DNA of 64,000 bases from a virus. Lineage: Duplodnaviria > Caudoviricetes. Shown here piece by piece: positions 36,781 through 44,954 of the stretch (within the stretch, counting starts at the first letter, position 1; every line of letters begins with the position of its first letter). Below the pieces are notes generated by a model. The model saw nothing but the letters and a program-made list of their open reading frames with translations, did no database searches and was not told where the DNA came from. The stretch is taken from positions 1 through 64,000 of the IMG/VR virus record IMGVR_UViG_3300037847_002819, one strand, 5' to 3'. The position numbers and the translations under genes are program-made.

Positions 36781-37269
36781 ATGGAAATAGAAAAATGGAA
36801 TGATAAAGTTGCCATGATTATTGCATGGTTAAAGGAAAATGACGCAGGTGCTATGGGACAGGTTATTCAAGTTAATATTGAAGCCGGTAATGAAGCACAA
36901 ACAGATGAAGATAGGAATAGATTTTGGGAGGCAGTTAGAGCCTTGTGTAAAACACTTCCAAATAGCCCTATTAAGAAAGGTCGTGGTTCAACACTACCTA
37001 ATGAAGTCCAAGCGGTTTTAGATTCAATATCTGATGAAGTCGCTCAAGCCGCTAGTGATTTTTTTGCTATTGGTGACATGAATATGCTTCTTTTGAAGCA
37101 TGGAAAGAGTGGCGGTGGTTTATTCACTGCTGACGAGTATTCTGCATATATGTCACAAACAGTAGTTAATTCTCTCAAGAGGAGATACAAAGACAAAATT
37201 TGGGATGGTAGTCGTCAAGGACTATTAACCCAAGCATTCCCCGTTGAGGAGGTTGACGAGGAAGAATGA
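36781..37269 (+). CDS. Paralog family protein, copy 1
   Basis: Shares DEDRNRFWEAVRALCKTLPNSPIKKGRGSTL with copy 2; HGKSGG and WDGS motifs. Confidence 0.9.
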   Translation: MEIEKWNDKVAMIIAWLKENDAGAMGQVIQVNIEAGNEAQTDEDRNRFWEAVRALCKTLPNSPIKKGRGSTLPNEVQAVLDSISDEVAQAASDFFAIGDMNMLLLKHGKSGGGLFTADEYSAYMSQTVVNSLKRRYKDKIWDGSRQGLLTQAFPVEEVDEEE

Positions 37270-37305
37270 TTGATGCTTTAATCCCCAAGCCCCAGATTCA
37301 CCAAA

Positions 37306-37395
37306 TAACCCGCATAGGACTGATAATTCCGATTCTTATATTTATTATCTGTATGATTAATCAGCCTATGCGGGTTATGCCTTATTTTTTTATTT
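37306..37395 (+). terminator. Long hairpin plus T-tract
   Basis: ATAACCCGCATAGG...CCTATGCGGGTTAT followed by TTTTTTT. Confidence 0.65.
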
Positions 37396-37439
37396 TAGGG
37401 TAGTAAAACCAAAGTGTATTCATTACATGAATATTTATT

Positions 37440-37499
37440 ACCATATGGTTGTATCTTTGAGCAACCCTACATATAGTAGCACATCGAATAGTAGTGGCT
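37440..37499 (+). promoter_or_regulatory. Archaeal-type promoter, copy 2
   Basis: ACCATATGGT..CTTTG..CCCTACATATAG..TCGAATAGTAGTGGCT. Confidence 0.7.
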
Positions 37500-37548
37500 C
37501 AAAGGGATTGAGTCGGTATTGATGGAGTCAATACAGGAGATGAAAAGA

Positions 37549-38079
37549 ATGGAACAAGAAAAGTGGATAACAAAGTCTAACGAAATTAGAGCATGGCTTG
37601 AGCATAATGATGCAGGGGCTATGGGAGCAGTAATAACAGTAAATCTAGATGCTGGCGATTCAGCCGCATCCGATGAAGACAGAAATCGTTTTTGGGAAGC
37701 AGTTCGGGCATTATGCAAGACCCTCCCAAACTCGCCAATAAAGAAAGGTCGTGGCTCAACGCTAGACCCAGCAATTCAAGCCGTTGTGGATTCTGTGAGC
37801 AATCGCATTCAAAATGCTTTTGTCACAATTTCTGACGCTGAATTGCTACTTGAAGTAATGCTACCACATGGTAAAACAGGTGGCGCATACGCTAACATTG
37901 AAGCATTGGCTTCTGATATGGCAACAAAGGCTGTAAGAGTCCTAAAGGCGGCATTGAAAGATGGTCGCTGGGATGGAACAATGAGCGATAGTGGACTAAC
38001 AGGCATGACTCCGCCTATGAAGTCTGATTCCTCTAACGAGGAAGCAACGGAAGAATCCCAAGAGGAGGAAACCGTCTGA
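37549..38079 (+). CDS. Paralog family protein, copy 2
   Basis: ATG 37549 (MEQEKW) after AGGAGA aligns with MEIEKW of copy 1. Confidence 0.9.
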   Translation: MEQEKWITKSNEIRAWLEHNDAGAMGAVITVNLDAGDSAASDEDRNRFWEAVRALCKTLPNSPIKKGRGSTLDPAIQAVVDSVSNRIQNAFVTISDAELLLEVMLPHGKTGGAYANIEALASDMATKAVRVLKAALKDGRWDGTMSDSGLTGMTPPMKSDSSNEEATEESQEEETV

Positions 38080-38170
38080 TACCGATTCAATCCCTTTAAG
38101 CCCCATACGATTCCTACGGGCATCCGGTAACACCTGTTAAAATTACAATTGAATCTGAACATAGGTCAAT

Positions 38171-38248
38171 GCGGAAGAGTAGGAAAGGGGAAACAGTGAG
38201 AAAACCAAAGGACACTCACTGTTTCCCCTTCCGCCCACTATTTTTTTT
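38171..38248 (+). terminator. Hairpin plus T-tract
   Basis: AAGGGGAAACAGTGAG / CTCACTGTTTCCCCTT, then TTTTTTTT. Confidence 0.7.
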
Positions 38249-38467
38249 AATAGGGTTGTGTCAAATACTGCGTATTACCAAAGTATGACACAACCATATG
38301 GTAGCGACTTTGTGCTACCTTATCTGTTAAAAAAATAAAGATGGATTTTTATACAGAATCCTAACTGTTGCCGCCATCTCAGGCTCAGGCTTAGGCGACT
38401 ATACCACCGTATAGTCTCGTTACATTTTGTCCGGTGGGGAACGCATAAAACCACATTCTTTGGACTA

Positions 38468-38626
38468 TCATACATATCTTCTTTTAGAAGTCAAGGGTTT
38501 ATCCGGATTTAAAGCACACCCAATGGCAACTTTATCTTTATTCCGTTCATTCATTTTAGCGACATAACCTGCCCACCAAACTTCTCCAGCCCTAATTTCT
38601 GCTCTCATTTTACTTCTTCTATTCAT
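38468..38626 (-). CDS. Small hypothetical protein (52 aa)
   Basis: MNRRSKMRAEIRAGEVWWAGY...; GGAGA RBS; abuts the upstream stop. Confidence 0.5.
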   Translation of the reverse strand: MNRRSKMRAEIRAGEVWWAGYVAKMNERNKDKVAIGCALNPDKPLTSKRRYV

Positions 38627-38776
38627 TTAATCATCTCCATAATTATCCGGTTCATTATCCTTAACATAAGTATCATACAACATAACCCATTCACAGTCGT
38701 TACAACAAATGAAAACACTACCTGCATAACTCTCTTCTAATTCAGTATTTGCACTACCGCAAGCATCACAAGTCAT
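38627..38776 (-). CDS. Small Zn-ribbon protein (49 aa)
   Basis: MTCDACGS...CNDCEW; ATGA overlap. Confidence 0.65.
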   Translation of the reverse strand: MTCDACGSANTELEESYAGSVFICCNDCEWVMLYDTYVKDNEPDNYGDD

Positions 38777-39009
38777 TCTTCCTCATCCCCCATATATTCT
38801 AGGTATTCTTCAAACTGCACATATGATACGGTTGCAATCGTTAATGCGTTAATGTTCATTGTATGTGAAGTATTAGGATTCTGATAACCTTCATTACGCC
38901 TCTTCCATACATGAAACATTATTTCTTTATCCTCGAAATAACTAACCACTCGCTTTTCAATCGTATTGTCCGGATGGACTATTGTTCCCCACTTTACTTT
39001 GGTTTCCAT
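38773..39009 (-). CDS. Hypothetical protein, probably leaderless
   Basis: ATG 39009 lies about 20 nt downstream of CCTTACATATAG and the box at 39056. Confidence 0.65.
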   Translation of the reverse strand: METKVKWGTIVHPDNTIEKRVVSYFEDKEIMFHVWKRRNEGYQNPNTSHTMNINALTIATVSYVQFEEYLEYMGDEEE

Positions 39010-39100
39010 GTTGTTACAAATTAAACGACTATATGTAAGGTTTGACAAAGTTCAAACCATATGGTTGAGTAATGGTTCTTTTGAATTAATGGATAACCAT

Positions 39101-39480
39101 AAAAAAAATTTAGGCGAATCCAGCGAGAGAGATAGCCACCGGCTTAGTTTTCGACTCTCTCGCTGAATTCTAAAGGGTGTCAGCCTAGAAGATACCGTTT
39201 CCGGTTCTAGGAAGGTGAGTGGATTATCTTGCACCACTAAGTTTGTAACTCAATTTACTGCTTGTTCAATTGAGGGTCACACAACCTTCTAATGTATTCA
39301 TCAATTGGTGATTGATGCCCTTTTGGGGAACATACGCTTCAAGAACCACTACCATACTATCCAATAGGACTTCCGATAATGGGTGAAACCCGCACCACAC
39401 GGTTAAGAAGTGCATTACGCCGCTACTAGCGTTGTTCTGCCACTGACTATCCAGCAAAGGTAGCGAACCCTTGCTGAACA
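39101..39480 (-). ncRNA. Candidate ~380-nt structured non-coding RNA
   Basis: Own box/TATA promoter (39500-39537), multiple stems including a GAAA tetraloop, a terminal stem plus T8, and no credible ORF. Confidence 0.55.
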
Positions 39481-39601
39481 ATACTATATTCATCAATACT
39501 TTATCTAGGGTTTATTCAAAAGACTCAACCATATGGTAAGATGTGCGAATCTTTTGATGCTTCGCAGATATTACCATAAAAAAAATAGGTGATGGCCGAT
39601 T

Positions 39602-39991
39602 TTACTCGGCCACCACCATTAATCCATGACTAGGTAGTGTTTTCAACAATCCCCAAATTGCCTCCAAATATCTAGGGTGTAATTGTTCCTTCCACAAACT
39701 AACAGTAAATTGGACTACATCATACAGATTGCTTTCATACACAATCCGATAATCAATCACATTATCAATTCCTTCGTTTATAACTCTGATTTTGAATTTG
39801 GTCATAGAATCCTCATTTGTTTGTTCCTCTTCGTATCTGCTTGGAATACCTTGTTCTGCACGATTACATTCACCACAGGTAGCGATGATTTCATAATCTG
39901 CATATTCATCTTCACAATCACCTAGTCCATAGTGACCTATTGATATTGATTCTCCACAGTTGTTCTTGCATGATATATTTGTCCATGTCAT
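39602..39991 (-). CDS. Zn-binding hypothetical protein, probably leaderless
   Basis: CKNNC and CGEC; ATG about 20 nt after a TATA-like CCTTATGATAAAG. Confidence 0.7.
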   Translation of the reverse strand: MTWTNISCKNNCGESISIGHYGLGDCEDEYADYEIIATCGECNRAEQGIPSRYEEEQTNEDSMTKFKIRVINEGIDNVIDYRIVYESNLYDVVQFTVSLWKEQLHPRYLEAIWGLLKTLPSHGLMVVAE

Positions 39992-40114
39992 ATTAATATC
40001 AATTCAATTACTTTATCATAAGGTAAGTTTCAAAGACTTACCATATGGTTGTAACTTTGAGGATTAGCGTAGCCAACCCTATATGAAATAGGGTAATTCA
40101 TAGTATTGGTTCTT

Positions 40115-40384
40115 ATGGGATTAAGCATAGAAATTGAATTAGAGAACGGGCAGTGGAGTGGGACTCTCACTATGTCTGCTTGTGAAGCCGCAAAAAACTA
40201 CCAACCAGAAGTTTTACGATTTTTGGCAAAAGAGTTGAAGAAGAATAGAAGCCTAGTTATCACAACAATGCATATGCGTGATAGCAGAATTCGAGTAAAC
40301 GGAGTTTGGAATTCAGCGCAGTTGAACAGATTCTCCCGTTTCCACGACCAAATGTTTAGAGAATACAACAAAAACGAGTCGTGA
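40115..40384 (+). CDS. Hypothetical protein
   Basis: Downstream of the bidirectional box at 40040 and CCCTATATGAA; followed by a hairpin/T-tract. Confidence 0.65.
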   Translation: MGLSIEIELENGQWSGTLTMSACEAAKNYQPEVLRFLAKELKKNRSLVITTMHMRDSRIRVNGVWNSAQLNRFSRFHDQMFREYNKNES

Positions 40385-40396
40385 AATTAAGAATTA

Positions 40397-40456
40397 GGGG
40401 TGTCGAATCCGGAGTTAGTTGTTTTATCCGGATTCGGCATCCCGCACCATTTTTTT
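40397..40456 (+). terminator. Hairpin plus T-tract
   Basis: GGGGTGTCGAATCCGGA / TCCGGATTCGGCATCCC, then TTTTTTT. Confidence 0.65.
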
Positions 40457-40660
40457 AGGGTTCTCGTTCTTCACTTCGTTACCCCAAAGTCCCACTATCA
40501 CCAAGAAAGATACTATTAGAGAGCGATTAGTTGAAGGTGATTTATTGATTCTAAAATATCAACACATTATTTTGGATTGTTTTCAATTGACCGTATAAGA
40601 AATATGTATAGTCATAAAATACTCATATGATATACCATATAATATATGATGCAAAAAATG

Positions 40661-40968
40661 TTTCCACTCAATTTTCCAACCGGAATCGGAAATAAAAATT
40701 AAGAAACTTAGGGGTTGTGCAACATAACCCCTAAGAAATTAATATTATTCTATTATTCCATTATTCCATACCATACATACACAATCCTACCCCCTCTCTT
40801 TGATTTGCCCTCTCTCTCTATGAGATAGTGACCCCCCATTTTGAGTGGAATAATGGAATAATGCCAAACCCTCTAGAAACTCAAGGGTTGTGCAACATAA
40901 CCTTGAAGTTTCTAATTCCATTATTTTTCCGAATAATTTTCCGGTGGAATAATGTATTTGAGTGAAAA
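40661..40968. repeat. Nested inverted-repeat locus; candidate replication origin or packaging site
   Basis: Two hairpins with core GGTTGTGCAACATAACC (40707-40735, 40874-40914); TTATTCCA x2 vs TGGAATAA x2; outer TTTCCACTCAA/TTGAGTGAAAA. Confidence 0.75.
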
Positions 40969-41032
40969 TTAATTATCGCTTATTAAACACTAATTCTGAA
41001 CAGGTTCGCAAGTAGCCGAAAATACAGATAAT

Positions 41033-41066
41033 TGACTCCCTTTATATGGTGTTAGCATATGGAGAG
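41033..41066 (+). promoter_or_regulatory. Promoter, second class (TGACTCCCTTTATATG-N5-AGCA-ATGGA-AG)
   Basis: Near-identical copy with the same spacing at 47772-47805. Confidence 0.75.
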
Positions 41067-41101
41067 TCTGCCCCCAAAATGGCGGGGTAGGATATGATAA
41101 T

Positions 41102-41578
41102 ATGGATGATGTAAAGTGGGACAGTATCGTTATTGAAACGAATGAATACCTAGAAACAGATGCGATTGATGGTGCGTTGAAACAAGTGGTTCAACTACAC
41201 CTTGAAGTCGGTCAAAATAACCCGAATGAAAGAGATGCTGCGGCAAATGCGCTAAAGGCACTATTGAAAGGCCGTGATGGTTCACCATTTGGCCGCAAAG
41301 GTGCAAAGAGCGCAGTTCCAACAAGTGTTAGAGTAGTAATTGACCGCATTTGCGGTGTCGTTGAAGAAGCGGCAGTTAACTACTACAACCATGATGGAAT
41401 TATGGCGGCTCTTTGTCTTCGTCATGCTAAATCCGGTGGAGGACAATATGAGTCTGCTGAAGATTATGCAAAGGCACAGGCAAAGAAAGCACGAACCCAA
41501 CTAAGTAAGATGTTCAAAGAACAAACTTGGGATGGGAGCGTTGAGTCGCTTTTGTCAAGTGAATCTTCTGAAGAATGA
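41102..41578 (+). CDS. Paralog family protein, copy 3 (divergent)
   Basis: KW, GAL..V, SP, HAKSGGG and WDGS motifs shared with copies 1 and 2. Confidence 0.85.
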   Translation: MDDVKWDSIVIETNEYLETDAIDGALKQVVQLHLEVGQNNPNERDAAANALKALLKGRDGSPFGRKGAKSAVPTSVRVVIDRICGVVEEAAVNYYNHDGIMAALCLRHAKSGGGQYESAEDYAKAQAKKARTQLSKMFKEQTWDGSVESLLSSESSEE

Positions 41579-41625
41579 ATTTAATTTAATTCTGAAAGAT
41601 TTGGTTTAACCCTAATGGGTCTTTT

Positions 41626-41666
41626 GCCCCTCACAGGAGTTCGCTCTTGTGGGGGGCTTTTTTTAT
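41626..41666 (+). terminator. Hairpin plus T-tract
   Basis: GCCCCTCACAGGAG-TTCG-CTCTTGTGGGGGGC-TTTTTTT. Confidence 0.75.
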
Positions 41667-41709
41667 TGTATGATAAGAGGCAATAGATTCAGATTAATTT
41701 ATTAAAAAA

Positions 41710-41894
41710 CGGACTTCGGGCGACCTGACCCTCACTATAAGTAGTCCGGCCACCCTAGACAACGGTGAAAAGGGTTGTCGCACTAATCGCTCTTGACAAG
41801 CAATTGTGTGACATTCTTTCATTATGGAAGAAGTTGAGAGACATGGGGCTTTAGGAGAATATGTCTGATTTATCAGATTGTCTCTCCTTCTTCC
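41710..41894 (+). ncRNA. Structured RNA element directly upstream of the tRNA
   Basis: Stems CGGACT/AGTCCG, GACAAC/GTTGTC, GGAAGAAG-GAGAGACA/TGTCTCTC-CTTCTTCC; no plus-strand ORF. Confidence 0.4.
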
Positions 41895-41899
41895 GCTTT

Positions 41900-42061
41900 G
41901 GGCTATTGGCGCAGTCAGGTAGCGCAACGGGCTTTTAATGAGGTTTTATCGAAGTAATAAATGAGGACTTGCTCAATTTTCGATTATGTGTTATACTTTC
42001 TCATAACTCATTTTCCTCAAAAGATACCCGTTGGTCGTGGGTTCGAACCCCACATAGCCCG
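41900..42061 (+). tRNA. trnK: tRNA-Lys(UUU) with an 88-nt intron (41938-42025) at canonical position 37/38
   Basis: Acceptor GGGCTAT/ATAGCCC, D-stem GCGC/GCGC, anticodon stem ACGGG/CCCGT, T-arm GTGGG-TTCGAAC-CCCAC. Canonical BHB: CTTT/AAAG helix, two 3-nt bulges, TGAGG/CCTCA. Confidence 0.93.
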
Positions 42062-42152
42062 CTTATTCAAGTGTAAATTTTTACACATTTTCACCGCCTA
42101 AGAAATTGGGCGTTTTCACATTCCCTAAAAATAACAATAGGAGGAAATAAAA

Positions 42153-43586
42153 ATGATAACAGGAACAAAAGAGCAAGAAGCAATTTGGAATGAAATAGCA
42201 AATGGCACAAGTCACATTATTGTTGACGCAGGTGCAGGTGTTGGTAAAACATTTACAATTGTTGAAGGAGCAAATAGAGACAATGGACAAAAGAAAGCAT
42301 TTTTGTGTTTTAATAAATCCATTCAGAAAGAATTAGCAGAAAGACTGCCAGATGATGTGGAAGCAAAGACTTTCCATGCATTAGGTTTTGCTGCATTAAG
42401 AAGTGCTGGAATTAGAACTAAGGTCAATAATTTCAAATTGAGAAATATTATTGATGATATGCTTGGTCGTGATTTTTACGCACAACCATTAACTAAACTA
42501 ATTAGTTTGATTAAAGGTTCAATGGTTGACGGTGACGATAAGAAGTCTATTTACAGATTGATTGATGAATATAATATTGAATTCAAATCAGACCGTGAAG
42601 AGTTAATCGCTATTGATAGTATTCCAGCCATTCTTAATCAATGCAAGAGAAATACTGCTATGATTGATTTTGATGACATGATTTGGCTACCTTTAGTATT
42701 AGATATGCCATTACCTGTTTTTGATACATTATATGTTGATGAAGCGCAAGATTTCAATGAAATGCAAAGAGAATTGATTTCTAGATGTGTTGCAAACGGC
42801 AGATGTATTATTGTGGGCGACCCTAATCAAGCAATTTATGGTTTCCGAGGAGCAGATTCAAATTCAATGGATATGTTTGTCAAGAGGCTAGAAAAAGGTG
42901 ATAGAGAAATCAAGCGTTTTTCTTTGAGTTTGACTTGGAGATGTCCTAAAACAGTCGTTGCAGAAGCAAACAGATATGTCAAGAATTTTACTTGCCGTTC
43001 TGATGCAATAGATGGAATGGTTGTTGAGAATGCACCGTTTAATCCACAGGCAAACGATATGGTTCTATGCAGATATAATGCACCTTTGGTTTCAGCGTTT
43101 TACGATTTAATTTTACAGGGCAAGTCTGCCTATGTTCTAGGTCGTGACATGACTAAAGGACTGATTAATGCAGTTAGAAAAATTACTAAGAATGATAATA
43201 TGGGTTCAGAAGAGTTTTCTGAATTACTAGCACAAGACTTCAAATTTACTTATGATAAGTTGGTTGCGGCTGATAAGGTCAATCAAGCAAACAACCTTGA
43301 AGATAAGTATGAATGTTTGAAGATTTTTGCTTCTATGGCTACTACTGTTGGTGGAATTGTAAATGAAATCAAGAGAGTATTCGATAATAATGAAGAAGGA
43401 GAGATTATGCTTTCCACTGTTCACAAGGCTAAAGGTCTTGAGGCTGATAATGTATATATCTTGGCTACGGACAGAATGCCTCATCCAAAGGCATCTAATC
43501 CTAGAGAAGAAAGAAACATTTGCTATGTAGCAATTACAAGAGCCAAAAGAAATTTGTTTTATTGTGGGCCAAAACCAAAGAATTGA
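42153..43586 (+). CDS. UvrD/Rep-family SF1 helicase
   Basis: AGAGVGKT, VDEAQD, VGDPNQAIYGFRGA, STVHKAKGLE, EERNICYVAITRAK. Confidence 0.93.
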   Translation: MITGTKEQEAIWNEIANGTSHIIVDAGAGVGKTFTIVEGANRDNGQKKAFLCFNKSIQKELAERLPDDVEAKTFHALGFAALRSAGIRTKVNNFKLRNIIDDMLGRDFYAQPLTKLISLIKGSMVDGDDKKSIYRLIDEYNIEFKSDREELIAIDSIPAILNQCKRNTAMIDFDDMIWLPLVLDMPLPVFDTLYVDEAQDFNEMQRELISRCVANGRCIIVGDPNQAIYGFRGADSNSMDMFVKRLEKGDREIKRFSLSLTWRCPKTVVAEANRYVKNFTCRSDAIDGMVVENAPFNPQANDMVLCRYNAPLVSAFYDLILQGKSAYVLGRDMTKGLINAVRKITKNDNMGSEEFSELLAQDFKFTYDKLVAADKVNQANNLEDKYECLKIFASMATTVGGIVNEIKRVFDNNEEGEIMLSTVHKAKGLEADNVYILATDRMPHPKASNPREERNICYVAITRAKRNLFYCGPKPKN

Positions 43587-43597
43587 GGTGAATAAAA

Positions 43598-43798
43598 ATG
43601 AGTAAATATGGAATAATGACAAAAGCACTAGATGAATGGAGTATAACAAAGGAGGTGTTGTGGGATAGTCTGAAGAAAAGAGTAATCTTTTTGACAGACG
43701 AAACCACTGACCTTTCTAAGATTAATACAGATTATGTTGTAACTTTTACTAGTTATGCAGATTGGGCTGGGAAGTTTATGAATGGTGATTTAAGATGA
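43598..43798 (+). CDS. Hypothetical protein
   Basis: GAGGTG RBS. Confidence 0.65.
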   Translation: MSKYGIMTKALDEWSITKEVLWDSLKKRVIFLTDETTDLSKINTDYVVTFTSYADWAGKFMNGDLR

Positions 43799-43935
43799 AT
43801 GGAAGAGAAGTAAGAATAATGCTTATGACTTGTAAAGGATGCGAAGCAACGGCAAGATACAATATTCATAGTAGTGTTGCTTTTGTTGATGCTAGTCGTG
43901 CTTTGAAAGCAAAATGCACTTGTAAGGAGGAATAA
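43795..43935 (+). CDS. Small Cys-containing protein (46 aa)
   Basis: MNGREVRIMLMTCKGC...KCTCKEE; ATGA overlap. Confidence 0.55.
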   Translation: MNGREVRIMLMTCKGCEATARYNIHSSVAFVDASRALKAKCTCKEE

Positions 43936-43937
43936 AT

Positions 43938-44378
43938 ATGGGATATAGAAGTGAAGTAAGTATAGTAACAAGAAAGGACAATAAAGAATTGTGTGACATA
44001 TTAAAAGCAGAATACGAGCAAGACAAGGATTTGTGGGATATATTCGAAGAAGGCACTATTAAAATGTATAATGGACAAAAGGAAGAAATTTTGTATGTCC
44101 AATGCGATTATGTTAAATGGTATGATGGATATAAAACAGTTGATGATATTATGTCTGCAATTAGCCGTATTGAAGATGAAGAAAGTTATGGATTCGTTAG
44201 AATAGGAGAAGAATGGAATGATGTTGAAACAATGGGTTATCCTTATGACTATGGTTTAACTATTCATAGATATGCTGAATTCAGTGCTAATTTTTTAACA
44301 GATGAAGAAATCTGTATATGTAACAACCTAGACCATCAAACATTAAATGTTGATTGTCCGGTAAATAAGGAGGAATAA
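43938..44378 (+). CDS. Hypothetical phage-type protein (MGYRS...KWY...RIGEE)
   Basis: GGAGG RBS; motif pattern recalled from phage hypothetical proteins. Confidence 0.7.
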   Translation: MGYRSEVSIVTRKDNKELCDILKAEYEQDKDLWDIFEEGTIKMYNGQKEEILYVQCDYVKWYDGYKTVDDIMSAISRIEDEESYGFVRIGEEWNDVETMGYPYDYGLTIHRYAEFSANFLTDEEICICNNLDHQTLNVDCPVNKEE

Positions 44379-44380
44379 AT

Positions 44381-44629
44381 ATGGTAGGATTATGGAATAT
44401 GGAAAGTAAAAGACCGGTATGTGCTTATTGTAAAATACAATCAGTAACGGATTGTGATAAAACAGGTGCGCCAATATGTTCAAAACATTCGGCAATAGTG
44501 CCTAATGGTGCAGAAGTTAATGTTTATGCAAGAAAACACGCACCAAGAAGTCACAAAAAGAAGATGGAAGCCTTAGCAATTAAGAGAGGTTTATTTAATC
44601 CGGAGGATGGTGAGCAATTTGAGTTTTGA
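44381..44629 (+). CDS. Zn-finger protein
   Basis: CAYC, CDKTG, CSKH. Confidence 0.7.
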   Translation: MVGLWNMESKRPVCAYCKIQSVTDCDKTGAPICSKHSAIVPNGAEVNVYARKHAPRSHKKKMEALAIKRGLFNPEDGEQFEF

Positions 44630-44945
44630 AAAAGAATGGAATAAGAAGGCGAAGAAGATTTACAAGAACGCAGTTAATCATGGTTTTTGGAAAGATGAAG
44701 TAAATGATGGTGAAAGAATGGCATTGATTCATGCTGAAATTTCAGAAGCATTAGAGGCTTTGCGTGAAGGTAATCCTTCTTCGAATAAGATTATGGAGTT
44801 TAGTAATCTTGAAGAAGAATTAGCAGATGCGGTAATCCGAATCATGGATTATGCTTTTGGTAAAGACTTAGATGTTGCAGGTGCTATTGTTGCTAAGATG
44901 GAATATAACGAAAGCCGTGAATTTATGCATGGTAAGACTTTTTGA
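44607..44945 (+). CDS. MazG-like nucleotide pyrophosphohydrolase
   Basis: LIHAEISEALEA, EEELADAVIRIMD, KMEYNESR..HGK. Confidence 0.88.
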   Translation: MVSNLSFEKEWNKKAKKIYKNAVNHGFWKDEVNDGERMALIHAEISEALEALREGNPSSNKIMEFSNLEEELADAVIRIMDYAFGKDLDVAGAIVAKMEYNESREFMHGKTF

Positions 44946-44954
44946 GGTGATATT

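Larger units (their letters stand above)
36615..40060. repeat. Dispersed palindromic box (A)CCATATGG(T), usually flanked by CAAAG/CTTTG
   Basis: Copies at 36615, 36660 (GCATATGGT), 37440, 38293, 39056, 39528 and 40040, all in the control region. Confidence 0.9.

Noticed and set aside
36731-38105. tmRNA, retron or IS/MITE interpretation of the enclosing inverted repeats
   Set aside because: No T-arm, reverse transcriptase, transposase or evident target-site duplication. Kept only as an RNA-stem finding.
39052-39496. ORFs 39052..39237 and 39266..39496
   Set aside because: Atypical composition, no RBS, one starts upstream of the predicted TSS, and both overlap strong RNA stems.
36615-40049. 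CATATG (NdeI) sites as cloning or assembly artefacts
   Set aside because: They sit within a longer conserved motif at consistent positions relative to TATA boxes and genes, so they look biological.
36600-41100. Possible CRISPR or mini-CRISPR array in the repeat-rich region
   Set aside because: The repeats are short, irregularly spaced (45-850 bp) and promoter-associated; no constant repeat-spacer period.
41694-41927. 77-aa minus-strand ORF
   Set aside because: Antisense to the tRNA and its leader.
41938-42025. C/D box guide RNA in the tRNA intron
   Set aside because: A C-like ATGAGGA is present but there is no CTGA D box.
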